Origin: Centroscyllium fabricii
Lineage: Eukaryota
Assembly: GCA_051313645.2 (NCBI GenBank)
Contig: JBNRSN020000002.1
Span: forward strand, 525,202,001-525,266,000
Length of the DNA stretch: 64,000 nt
Direction of reading: 5' to 3'
Position 1 is the first letter of the stretch. Each line of letters starts with the position of its first letter. Positions 39,951 through 51,732 of the stretch are shown in pieces. The notes under the pieces are model-generated. The model worked only from the letters and a program-made list of their open reading frames with translations. It was not told the origin of the DNA and did not search any database. Both the position numbers and the translations under genes were made by a program.

Positions 39951-40751
39951 GCTACCTCTTTATTGACCTTTTTAGCAGGTTTAATGTTTTGAAATATTCT
40001 GGTTAAAACATGTGCAATATAACGGTGACATGGCCCTATGTCTGAGGTGCTGAGGCCTAGTTAAATGGAGCTAACACTGTGTCACTTTAAAAGAGGTGAC
40101 AAGATAATGATGGGGTGCAATAATCCCACCCCCAAACCCCCCCAGGTAAAACAAGCAATGTCTTACTGTTTTTGAACACGTGCCCCAAGTTCAGGTGAAA
40201 CTATCTAAGCACGATCAATGATGTTTTATCGCTATGCAGACCTGTGGAGTTTGGTGGAACAAGCATTGTATTTCCTACAATGAGTAATAAAACTGAAAAG
40301 AATATAAAAATAAGCAGTTTCATAGCACAAATCTTTTCATTTGGTGCAGGGATACAGCCAAAGTTTATCTCTGAATATTTTGTGGGGGAGAGAGCAGGAT
40401 GAGCCAAAGGCTGGACACTTGACCAGTCATCTCACAGGAAATCATTTCTGAATGTACGCGACGGCATGCTGTACTTCAAATGATTAAACAGCCACCGATA
40501 CCCAGTTTCAGTTGAACAGGACATGACTTATGGAACCTGTTTTCCTGCGAGTTAATATTTATTCAAGATTTTTAATGAGAGATTGTGCTCTTTTCAATGC
40601 AGGGCACCTTCATTGGTCCATCACTCCCCCCCCCTCCTTTGTTCATTAAGAACTTACGTGTGAGTGAGTGAGTGATGAATGACAAAGAATGTCAAACCTG
40701 TAGCAAAATGGACAATTGACTATGAACAGTGTAAACTGGCTATGGAGCTCA

Positions 40752-41670
40752 TCTTCTTCTTAGGCAGTCCCTTGGAATCGAGGATGACTTGCTTCCAAAT
40801 TAAAAATGAGTTCTCAGGTGACTAATGAGTCCAATGAGGGACCTACAGTCTCTGTCACAGGTGGGGCAGACAGTGGTTGAAGGGGTGGGTGGGTGGGGTG
40901 CTTGGGTTGACGTGTGCTTCTTGCGTTGCCTGTGCTTGGCTTCCGCTTGCTCCCGGTGAAGCGACTCGAGGTGTTCGGCGCCTTCACGGATGCTTCTCCT
41001 CCACTTTGTGCGGTCTTGGGCCAGGGATTCCCAGGTGTCGGTGGGGATGTTACACTTTTTCAAGGCGGCTTTGCGGGTGTCCTTGAAGCGTTTCCTCTGC
41101 CCACCTGGGGCTCTCTTGCCGTGTCGGAGCTCCGAGTAGAGCGCTTGTTTTGGGAGTCTCGTATCAGGCATGCAGACAATGTGATCCGTCCATTGGAGCT
41201 GATCGAGCGTGGTCAAAGCTTCGATGCTGGGGATGTTGGCCTGAGCAAGAACACTGATGTTGGTGTGCCTATCCTGCCAATGGATTTGCAGAATCTTGCG
41301 GAGGCAGCGTTGGTGGTACCTCTCCAGTGCTTTGAGGTGCCTGCTGTACATGTTCCATGTTTCTGAGGCATACAGCAGGGCGGGTATCACTGCTGCTCTG
41401 TAGACCATGAGCTTGGTGCTGGGTTTGAGGTCCTGGTCTTCAAACACTCTCTTCCTTAGGTGACTGAAGGCTGCACTGGCACACTGAAGGCGGTGTTGGA
41501 CTTCGTCGTTGACGTCTACTCTTGTTGACAGTAGGCTCCCGAGGTATGGAAAGTGGTCCACGTTGTCCATGGTCTTGTCATGGATTTTCATAATCGGGGG
41601 GTAGTACTGTGTGGCGGGGCAGATTGGTAGAGGACCTTCATCTTACAGATGTTTAGTGTAAGGATCATGC
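40752..41670 (-). mobile_element. RTE-clade LINE, 5'-truncated
   Basis: ORF 40800-41591: VDHFPYLGS...KLMVYRAAVIPALLYASETW...LPKQALYSEL.HGKR..GGQRKRFKD...CPTCDRDC..LIGLISHLRTH, followed by a short 3' UTR and (GAA)n tail. Confidence 0.9.
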
Positions 41671-41827
41671 TCTAGTGCGGCAAAGTTTAGTGCCTCTAGT
41701 GCAGCAAAGTTTAGCACCAGTATAACTTATATGCAGAAAAATAATGGCTCCCTGAGACTGAATTACTGGTTGCACTTTAGTAAGGATGGAGAAGGTCCAG
41801 ATGGATAATAAATCGAGTAAGGAACAG

Positions 41828-42150
41828 ATAAAGAAAGAACTTGCATATATCTAGCAACTTTCACACCCTCAGGATGTCCAAACGTGCTTCACAACCAATA
41901 AATTCTTTTTAAAGTGCAGTCTCTGTTGTTATGTAGGTAGATGTGGCAGCGATTTGCGCACAGCAAGATTCCAATAACAGCAAATGAATGAATGAATGAC
42001 CAGATAATCTCTTTTTGTGGCATGTGTTGTTTGAAAGGGAATGATATCCGGAACACAGAAAGAACTCTCTCTTCTTCTATGAATCATTCCATGGGACCTT
42101 TTATGCCCACTTGAGCAGGCAGATGGGGTCTTGGTGTAATTTGTCATCTG
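41828..42150 (-). mobile_element. Deu-domain SINE fragment
   Basis: Reverse complement of ATTATCTGGTCATT...CTTGCTGTGCGCAAAT.GCTGCC...ATGCAAGTTCTTTC; a tail-only copy lies at ~45770-45890. Confidence 0.65.
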
Positions 42151-42238
42151 AATAAATATCGAATCATATAGTACAGCACAGGAGGAGGCCATCCAGCCCG
42201 TCAAGTATACACTGGCTCTTTCAAAGAGCAAAATACAT

Positions 42239-42532
42239 CATGTGGAGGTGCCGGTGTTGGACTGGGGTGGACAAATGTAAGAATCACACAACACCAGGTT
42301 ATAGTCCAACAGTTTTATTTGAAATCACAAGCTTTCGGAGCGTTGCTCCTTCATCAGGTGAAGTGAAGAGATGCATATAGGCACAGCATATATAGTCGGA
42401 GAATAATGTAATCTTTCCAACTGCCCTTCATCACACCTCGGCAGAGAGACATTCATAGCAATCAAAGGTGTGAATGGTGTTCAAACAGGTCAGTCAGGAA
42501 GGCACCACCCGAAGAACAATGAGGAGTTCTCA
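42239..42532 (-). mobile_element. Family A Penelope-like terminal fragment (single arm)
   Basis: Same terminal sequence as the copies at 17724 and 36436; flanked by 10-bp direct repeat CAAAATACAT (42229 and 42533). Confidence 0.78.
42325..42361 (-). ncRNA. Minimal type I hammerhead ribozyme motif with canonical CUGAUGA
   Basis: Minus strand TCAC-CTGATGA-A-GGAGC AAC GCTCC-GAAA-GC-TT-GTGA. Confidence 0.75.
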
Positions 42533-42569
42533 CAAAATACATGAGCTACAGGTCATAATCAATTCATAG

Positions 42570-43020
42570 GGCCTAGATGCTTTATATAGTGAGCAATGGG
42601 GACCTGCGGGTGAGATACAAACTGGAATCTAATCCAGGGGTTCAGATCAATTACATTTAAAATAACAGATCAAGGTGTTTAGATGGTTTACATAAAAGGG
42701 TTAATTCTGTAATTATGCTCCTACTAATTAATTACATTTATAGGGACCATTTGTTGGAGAATTGAGGCTACAATGTTACAGCCCTATTTCCGCCCTGCAT
42801 TCTCTGCAAACACAGATACCCTCATTGAAGCACCGAATCACAGAATAATGAATACCCAGGATTGAGATACAGACTGCAATCTAATCAAAGCATTCAAATG
42901 GTTTATGTGTATTGAATAATGGATATGAGGGGTTCAGATAGTTTAGATATGAAGAATGGATAGCTGGGAATGAGTTATAACCTGTAAACTTAATGGAGGC
43001 ATTCAGATGATTGGCATATA
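42570..43020 (+). repeat. Degenerate satellite-like repeat (GAGATACA.ACTG.AATCTAATC...GGTTCAGAT); inverted copies at ~43655-43800
   Basis: The motif recurs several times, and its reverse complement twice. Confidence 0.5.
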
Positions 43021-43845
43021 ATTATTTCACTGTAAATTGTAGAAAAGCATACTTCTCAAGAATCACATTTTTTCCATTTTCCACACCAAATGCCTCTGCG
43101 TGAGAATGGCATATTGGTGTCAAATTAAGAGCAATGATTTGGTGTAACATCCTAGTCTTGAAACATGGACCTTGTGTTCCTTAGTAGATTGGCTAAATTG
43201 TCCAATTTAGTGCCAAAGTAAAGGTTGGACTTGAACTGGATTGAGACAGTCCAAGATCATTGCTGGCAGGGCACTCACAGTCACCAGGCACAGAAAATGT
43301 TCATCCTATCTATCCGACTTAGTTCAACCCAGATCCTACAAGGCTTTTCTGACCCACTGGACCACTTTGTCCTCCAGTTCTGATGTGATTAAGCACTGAA
43401 AACACGAGAGACTTTTTGCTGCTACCACCATCACCCCATGTTATAAAGCCCGTGTGTGACATAGGTTACTATTTCAGGCTGCTCATTGCAGTAAGATCAC
43501 AAACCTCTCCTCAGTGATGCAGTGCTAGGGTGCTACAGAGCTGCACTGACAAACATGGACCACAGCATGAAATGTTGTGATGACAATTTCAGCAAAGCAG
43601 AAGTATTCCAGCCTGAAATTTGCAGGAATATATTATTCTATGCAAAAGGCAATGGAACCCCTTGATTAGATTTCAGTTTGTGACGAACTCCAAAGGATTC
43701 ATTATTCAATGCATAACCCATGTGAATCCTTTGATTAGGTTCCAATCTGTCACTAATTCAGTGGGATCCATTTTTCTATATATAAACTACTTGACACTGC
43801 TTACTCAATGCCAGTTTGCATACATGTCAACATAGGGAGAATGTG

Positions 43846-44253
43846 GCGGCACGGTGGCACAGTGGTTAGCAGTGTTGCCTCACAGCACTGGAGACCCGGG
43901 TTCAAATCCAGCCTCGGGTACTATCTGTGTGGAGTTTGCACATTCTCCCCGTGTCTGCGTGGGTTTCCTCCGGGTGCTCCAGTTTCTTCCCACAGTCCAA
44001 AAATGTGCGGGTTAGGTTGATTGGCCAGGATAAATTGACCCTTAGTGTTAGGGGGATTGAATATGTGGGGTTACGGGGATAGGGTGGGATATGTGTTGAT
44101 GCAGGCTCGATAGGAATTGAGGGATATGGGGAGAGGGCAGGGGCGGGATACTGGGTTTGGATGATCAGCCATGATCTCATTGAATGGCGGAGCAGGCTCG
44201 AAGGGCTGAATGGCCTACTCCTGCTCCTATCTTCTATGTTTCTATGTTTCTAT
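43846..44253 (+). mobile_element. Full-length V-SINE (HE1-like)
   Basis: tRNA-like head with A/B boxes (TGGCACAGTGG; GGTTCAAATCC), V-domain, CR1-derived tail ending in (CTATGTTT)n. Confidence 0.9.
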
Positions 44254-44549
44254 CTGCTCTTCCAGTGTTAATCATTGGGCACAATGCGGCCCCAATTTGA
44301 AATGACTTCCTTTGCTTCATTTGGCATGGCCTCATTGTTCAAGGTGTCGGCTGACCAGGGCAGTGGACAGGTTAACTCTGATTTGTACTCAACTGCTTTT
44401 GCTATATAGATCAACATTGGAGATGTTAAGCATCAAGTCTACTCATACTCCCAGCCTAGAGCTTTCAACTTCACCCTTAGCTATTCCAGCACCATCCATT
44501 ATGTTGCCGATTGTTTCTTCTTGCATGCAGAACCTTATATATATTTATA

Positions 44550-45022
44550 TTTTATTCATTGATGGGATGTGGGTGTCACTGGCTGGTTAGGCCTGCATTT
44601 AGTGCCCATCCCTAATTGCCCTTGAGAAGATGGTGGTGAGCCGCCTTCTTGAACTGCTGCAGTCTTATTGTTTTTTTTCGTAGCGGTTGTTTACAACTGA
44701 GTGGCTTGCAAGGCCATTTCAGAGGGCATTAAGAGTCAACCACATTGCTGTGGGCCTGGAGTCACATGTAGGCCAGATCAGGTAAGGACGGCAGATTTCC
44801 TTCCCTAAAGGACATTAGTGAACCAGATGGGTTTTTGCAACAATCGGCAATGGTATCATGGTCGCCATTACTAAGACTAACATTTAATTCCAGAATTAAA
44901 TTGAATTAAATTTAAATTCCACCAGCTGCTGTGGTGCGAATTGAACCCATATCCTCAGCATTTTGACTGAGCCTTTGGCTTACTAGTCTACTGACATAAT
45001 CACTACGCCACCGCCTCCCCCC
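44550..45022 (-). mobile_element. tRNA-derived SINE sharing its 3' tail with the LINE at 46324
   Basis: Minus-strand head GGGGAGGCGGTGGCGTAGTG...GGGTTCAATTCGCACC; plus-strand segment CCATCCCTAATTGCCCTTGAGAAG.TGGTGGTGAGC also occurs at ~46370-46420. Confidence 0.7.
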
Positions 45023-47755
45023 AGTGGTGGAGCCAGTGGGGGTATCGGGGCTAATAAACCTTAATCATTTTGAGGTCAGCCAACGCATCTTTGGCGGACC
45101 GCCTCCAATTCTCTCCCAGGAACCTCTGTCACCTACGTTTGGCCTCTGGGTTTTGCCTGCAAATCTGTGGAGTTCCAAATTAGGGGCATTGTTTTGGTGC
45201 AACATCCTAGTCCAGCAATATGTAAAGTGTCACCAAAGAGGGGGCAGGTGCATTTAAACATTCTCCCCAACTTCTGTCAGAATAGGCACCGGGGCAAAAG
45301 AGAGGTGGCAATCTGGATTAATTGAGCCCCACCCCATATTCCTTCCTTGCATGCCAAAATAACTTTACGTTGCCAGCCGCCAGGAATCTCTAGCTCCTTA
45401 TGCCTAACTGCTATTGCACCATAAGGTAGATTTGTGACTATGTTATTTTTGAACCTCTCACTGTCCGCCTGTTGTGATAGCTCATGTCAATATACCTCCC
45501 TGATCGACTATGTTCGTGCTTGCTTGTTGCTTTGTACCCACTCTTTGATCAGTCTCGTTTTGGATCCAATTTCTTGCCCCCATAATATTTGTATTGTTCC
45601 TCTGAATCAAAAACCATAAGCTCCGAATCATACAACTTCATATATGCCAACCCTCCGCAGTTGTGGATGAAAGCCAACACTACTCCCAACTCCTACCTGG
45701 TGCCAAAGCTGCACGGTGGAGTGAATGTAGCTGTGGATGGAATTTCTTATGATAGAATGAAAGATAGAAAGATGGAAAGAAAGATAGAAAGACTTGCACT
45801 TAAATAACACCTTTCATGACCATAGAATGTCCTAAAACGCTTTGTAGCCAATAAAGTACTTGTGGATTGTAGTCACTGTCGCAATCTAAGGTATTTCCCC
45901 AGCAGAGTTCCCTTCCCTTGGAGCAGCAACATCGGATAGGTGCTAGGAACTGCGATGATTTCCCAGAAGATAAGTTCCTGTAGGGATCACTGAGCAAAGG
46001 CAAGATATTTCACCAGAGAGATGGGTGTTTAACTGGAGGGAAAAAGTATCAGTAAGCAAGTAAACCTATACTGTTCTCTTACACGTGGGGGGTTCGATGG
46101 GGGAGAGGAGGAGACTGTCAGCAAGAACTGGGAGAGCACTGTACCAGTGGGAACTGGGAGAGGGAGGGGACCAGACTGCTTTTTCATAAAGGGAGTGTTG
46201 AACATATAGAAATGTTGACACTGATATCTTTTGTGCTCTTTGCCTGGCATATTTATGCTAAGGCCACATGTCAATAGTTAACCCACAGTGATCTTGTCAA
46301 TTCAAGATCATGTGGATTATTTTTATTCATTCACAGGATGTGGGCATCGCTGGAAAGGTCAACATTTACTGTCCATCCCTAACTGCCCTTGAGAAGGTGG
46401 TGGTGAGCTGCCTTCTTGAACCGCTGCAGTCCGTGTGGTGAAGGTGCTCCCACAGTGCTGTTAGGGAGGGATTTCCAGGATTTTGACCCAGCGACGATGA
46501 AGGATCAACAATATACTTCCAAGTCATGATGGTGTGTGCCTTGGAGGGGAACTTGCAGGTGGTGTTCCCATGCGCCTGCTGGCCTTGTCCTTCTAGATGG
46601 TAACGGTCGCGGGTTTGGGAAGTGCTGTCGAAGAAGCCTTGGCAAATTTCTGCAGTGCATCCTATTGTAGGGGGCATCTTTTACTGGGTTTATGGTAATT
46701 TACCTTCTTTTACTGGGTTTTTGGCAATTTACCTTCTTTTACCTGGTTTACGGTAATTTACATTCTTTTACCGGGTTTACGGTAATTTACCTTATTTTAC
46801 CTGGTTTACGGTAATTTACTTTCTTTTACCTGGTTTACGGTAATTTACCTGGTCCAGCCACTGCACTGTGACCACTATCAGTTTGCGGTTTCGAATCATT
46901 ACACCTCCCCTTCCAGTCCTGACTGGAGGACTTATAATTAATAATATTAAAGGGACAAATGGTTTGGATGCAAGAAAGCCAAACTTTATTAATTAAATAA
47001 GCTTCACCACACGATCAGTGTAAACATGGTAAAATTGCTTAACAGGGAGGGAAAATATGGACACGAGGGAAAACGACTAAAATGACAATTCTCACGAAAT
47101 CCCACTTTTCTTCCTACCCCTATGCCTGTCCTAAATTGCCATGGAAGGTCAGAAAGATATTTGTTCACCTCGCTGCAATTCTGCCTCGTGCCCTTCGATC
47201 TGAGATCTTCACTGCCCAGAAGTGGAAAGCATCCCAGTGCTTTAAAAGTAAAACTGCTGGTGTTCACTCCTATCTGACAGACTCAAACGAACTGCAGAGG
47301 CACACGAAGGCAGGTGCGAGAGAGAGAGAGAGAGACTTCTGGGACGCCATCTCTTATACCCCAAATTTGGGGCCAAAACTGTTCCCGCCCAGATCCGGAG
47401 TCTTCTGGGCTAAAACAAAGGATCCAAAACCATCCCCTTGTCTGGGAGGGGTTTTGAGCAATGTCGTCATTGCCTGTGATGGCTGTCAATCAAAACTGCA
47501 ATTGCCTGTGATGGCTGTCGATCAAAACTGCAATTGTCTGTGATGGCTGTCGATCAAAACTGTAGGGGGTTTTGACGGTGCCTCCATTCATCCTAAAGCT
47601 TGAATGGGGTTGTAAACAGAAACCCATTGTGAGCAGTTTCACGTGATTACCTTCTTTTATGATCATTTTCTATAAACAAAGCAGCTGTAGGTTACTTGAC
47701 CCACCCGATTGCCAGCTCAGGCCCCTTCAGTGCTAATGACTTGTGTTGTACAGGC

Positions 47756-50590
47756 AATTTTTATCTACCGAGGAAAATCTCTGCTATTCTTATGTCTGCT
47801 GTTTACATCCAACCACAAGCCGATGAAAACACTGCATTGAGCGAACTTTACAGTGAGATCAGTAAAGTTCAGAACCGGTATCCCAAGGCAGTTTCCATCA
47901 TTGCGGGAGACTTTAACCACTGCAACCTAAAGAAAGTTATGCCAAAATACTTCCAAAACATCTCCTGTCCAAAAAGAAACGGAAAAACTCTAGACCACTG
48001 TTATACTACAATTCAACACACCTTCCGTGCCATTGCTCGGCCGGGCTTTGGCAAGTCAGACCACGCCTCCGTGCTCCTACTTCCTGTTTATAAACAGAAG
48101 TTAAAGAACACACTTACAACAATGAAAACAGTAAGAATCTGGACAGCGAACAACGAACTTAAACTGCAGGGCGGGCTGGAAATAACGGACTGGAGTGTCT
48201 TCAAGAACCCAGACCTAGATGTGTACGCAGACCACGTCAATGGATGCATCAACAAACTGGGAGATGAATGTATTCCTACCAAGACTGTCCGTTCATTTCC
48301 CAACCGTAAACAGTGGATGAATTCAGACATCTATAACAAACTGAGAGAACGATGTTCCGCTTTTAAATCAGGGGAGAGTGAAGTCTACAGGAAGGCCAAG
48401 TATGACCTTATAAGGGTGATCAGAACAGCAAAAAGAGACTGGAGTCCCTGTACGGCGGGGGTTCCGCTGCCAGACGCATGTGGCAGGGACTGAGGGCTAT
48501 CACCAACTGCAAGGAAAGATCAGCGGGTGTCACCAACACCGATCCCTCCCTACCAGACGAGCTGAACACCTTCTTTGCTCGCTTTGATAGGGATAACATT
48601 GAGCAGGCCATAAAAACCCCTAGTCACCCAGAGGATTACACACTACAAGTGACTGAGTCCGAGGTCTGGAAAACCTTCAGGTGGGTGAAGGCACAAAAGG
48701 CTGCCGGTCCAGACGGAGTTCCACCCCGCGTCTTCAAGACATGTGCAGACCAGCTGGCTCCTGTGTTCACAGACATCTTTAACATCTCACTGCAGCAGTC
48801 TGTTGTACCAGTGTGCTTCAAGGAGACAACCATTGTGCCGTTACCTAAGAAGACCAAGGTAACAGGTCTCAATGACTATCGACCCGTAGCTCCAACATCC
48901 ATAGCTATGAAGTGCCTGGAAAAGCTGGTCATGACACACATAAACAGCATCATCCCCGATTCCTTGGATCCGTTCCAGTTCGCATACACGGCGAACAGGT
49001 CTGTGGATGACGCCATCTCCCTAACACTGCACACTGTCCTCGAACACCTTGACAGAAGGGACACCTACGTCAGAATGTTGTTCATTGACTACAGCTCTGC
49101 ATTTAACACCATTGTTTCCTTCAAGCTAATCCTGAAACTGAAGGACCTAGGTCTGGGCACCCCCATCTGCAACTGGATTCTGGACTTCCTGACTGGTAGG
49201 CCTCAAGTGGTGAAAATATGGAACAACACCTCATCCACACTGGTCCTCAATACCGGAGCGCCACAAGGCTGCTGCCTCAGTCCTCGGTTGTATTCTCTGT
49301 TTAAAAATGATTGTACAGCCCGACACAGCAACAACCGGATAATAAAGATTGCCGATGACACCATGGTAATTGCCCTGATTAGCAACGACGATGAGACGGA
49401 GTACAGTGATGAGATATAGAAACATAGAAACATAGAAGATAGGAGCTGGAGTAGGCCATTCAGCCCTTCGAACCTGCTCCGCCATTCAATGAGATCATGG
49501 CTGGTCATCCAAACCCAGCACCCTGTCCCTGCCTTCTCCCCATATCCCTCGATCTCTATCGAGCCTGCACCAATACATATCCCACCCTATCCCCGTAACC
49601 CCACATATTCAATCCCCCTAACACTAAGGGTCAATTTATCATGGCCAATCAACCTAACCTGCACATCTTTGGAATGTGGGAGGAAACCTGAGCACCCGGA
49701 GGAAACCCACGCAGACACGGGGAGAATGTGCAAACTCCACACAGATAGTACCCGAGGCTGGATTTGAACCCGGGTCTCTAGTGCTGTGAGGCAACAGTGC
49801 TAACCACTATGCCACCAGATAGTTCAGCTGATGAGATGGTGTAATGATAACAACCTTGCCCTGAATGTCAGCAAGACTAAGGAACTCATAGTGGACTTCA
49901 GATGCCATCAAGGGAACCACCGAGAAATTATCATAGACGGAACTCCGGTAGAAATAGTCAGTTGCTTCCGATTCCTAGGTCTGCAGATCTCTAACGACCT
50001 GACCTGGAACTATAACACCGAGGCCATGCTAAAAAAGGCACACCAGCGCCTCTACCCTCTTCGGTGCCTGAGGAAATGCGGCATCAGCGCACAATGGCTT
50101 GTGAACTTTTATCGCGGCACCATAGAGAGCGTCTTGTCGGGTGGCGTCACTGTGTGGTATGGCAACACCACTGCTCAGGACAGGAAAGCCATTCAGAGGG
50201 TCGTGAGGACGGCAGAAAAAATCATCGGGTGTGCACTTCCATCCATCGAGGAGATCTTCCAGACCAGATGTCGGAACAAGGCCCGCTCCATCATCAAGGA
50301 CCCCAATCACCCTGGGCACGATCTGTTCTCCCTCCTGCGGTCCGGCCGTTTGTACCGCAACTTCCGAACCAGAACCAGCAGGTTCAAAAACAGTTTCTAC
50401 CCACAGGCAGTGCGCCTACTGAACTGCTAACCGCACTCGTTACTTATTTGTTTATTTGCTTATTATTTTTTCTATATTTATACTTGTTTTTTTTTTTACT
50501 TTTTGCTTTTCTACATTTATAATTGTGGGAGTGAATGGGGAGTAAGCATTCCATTGTACGAGTTACACATGGCAATAAAATAATCTTGAA
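47756..50590 (+). mobile_element. Rex1/Babar-clade LINE (endonuclease + RT), 5'-truncated, frameshifted and SINE-interrupted
   Basis: ORFs 47696-48493 (IIAGDFNH, TLDHCYT, GKSDH), 48478-49419 (KAAGPDG, LNDYRPVA, FIDYSSAFNT, GAPQGCCLSP, KIADD) and 49831-50430 (LNVSKTKE...SFYPQAVRLLN). Confidence 0.92.
49417..49816 (-). mobile_element. V-SINE (HE1-like) inserted in the Rex/Babar RT
   Basis: Reverse complement of the 43846 SINE; 5-bp TSD AGATA (49412 and 49817). Removing it restores ...YSDEI-VQLMRWC... Confidence 0.92.
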
Positions 50591-51732
50591 TTTTATGCTC
50601 TGGACAATTTACATAGTTCAAACTCTTAATCAAATGTGCTGTCTTAAAGCGTGCGTATCTTTTTCCACAAAGTTCCTCAAATCCAGCGTCATCCGCGTGC
50701 CGCCCAACTCAACGCAGCGGCATCCCTGGATTCTGGATATGCTTAAATCCCAGAGGCAATTTAAACAATGCAGAGCCTTCGTCCATGATGTGGATTAATA
50801 TTTCCCGATGTTCGGGGCTGAGGAATTTTGAGAAACCCCTACACTTATAGTTGGTACACACTGCAGCTACGGTGTGCCGGTGGTGGAGGGAGTGAATGGT
50901 TAAGGTGGTTGATGGGGTGCCAATCAAGTGGGCTGCTTTGCCCTGGATGGTGTCGAGCTTCTTGAGTGTTGTTGGATCTACAATCATCCAGGCAAGTGGA
51001 GATTATTCCATCATACTCCTGACTTGTGTCTTGTAGATTGTGGAAAGTCTTTGGGGAGTCAGGAGATGACACACTCACCACAGAATACCCAGCCTCTGAT
51101 CTGCTCTTGTAGCCAGAGTATTATTGTGGCTGGTTCAGTTAAGTTTCTGGTCAATTGTGACCCCCAGGATGTTAATGGTGGGTGATTTGACAATGGTAAT
51201 GCAGTTGAATGTCAAGGGGAGGTGGTTAGACTTTCTTTTGATTGAGATGGTCATTGCCTGGCACTTGTGTGACACATATATGACTTGCCACTTATCAGCC
51301 CAAGCCTGAATGTTGCCCAGGTCTTGTTACATGCAGGCATGGACTGCTTCATTATCTGAGGAGTTGCGAATGGAACTGAACACTGCAGTCATCAGCGAAC
51401 ATCCCCACCTCTGACCTTATGATGGAGGGAAGGTCATTGATGAAGCAGCTGTAGCTGGTTGGGCCTAGGACACTGCCCTGAGGAACTCCTGCAGCGATGT
51501 CCTGGGGCTGAGATAAGGATAAGAATGGCCATTGAGCTTACCTTAATTCATCCATGCAGGACAACCTTAAAACCTACCACATTGCTGCAGCGAATAGTCT
51601 CTTAAATAATTCCAGGGTTTTCAACTCCACCCCCCAACCTAAGAATTCATTCCAAGTGCTCATTGATGTAATAAAAACTTACTAAGCTCTTGGTGAATAT
51701 AAAGCAAGGCTTTATTCAACTTATAACACAAC

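Larger units (their letters stand above)
46666..50842 (-). mobile_element. Solo LTR (about 1.3 kb without its inserts)
   Basis: Termini TGTAGGG...CCCTACA; 5-bp TSD CCTAT/CTTAT; minus-strand TATA-like GGTATAAGAG (~47355) and AATAAA (~46987); internal tandem repeats of 29 bp (46678-46850) and 32 bp (47472-47562). Confidence 0.7.
46324..51515 (-). mobile_element. CR1-like LINE split into 46324-46665 and 50843-51515 by a nested insertion
   Basis: The halves join as ...CTGCAGTGCATC(C/T)TATAGTTGGTACACACTGCAG...; ORF remnant TTLKKLDTIQGKAAHLIG...IHSLHHRHTVAAVC. Confidence 0.75.

Noticed and set aside
43846-43920. tRNA gene
   Set aside because: It is the tRNA-derived head of a V-SINE, continuous with the V-domain and CR1 tail; related copies lie at 38833 and 49417.
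46678-46850. 29-bp repeats resembling a CRISPR array
   Set aside because: Units are contiguous with no unique spacers, there are no cas genes, and they lie inside a eukaryotic solo LTR.
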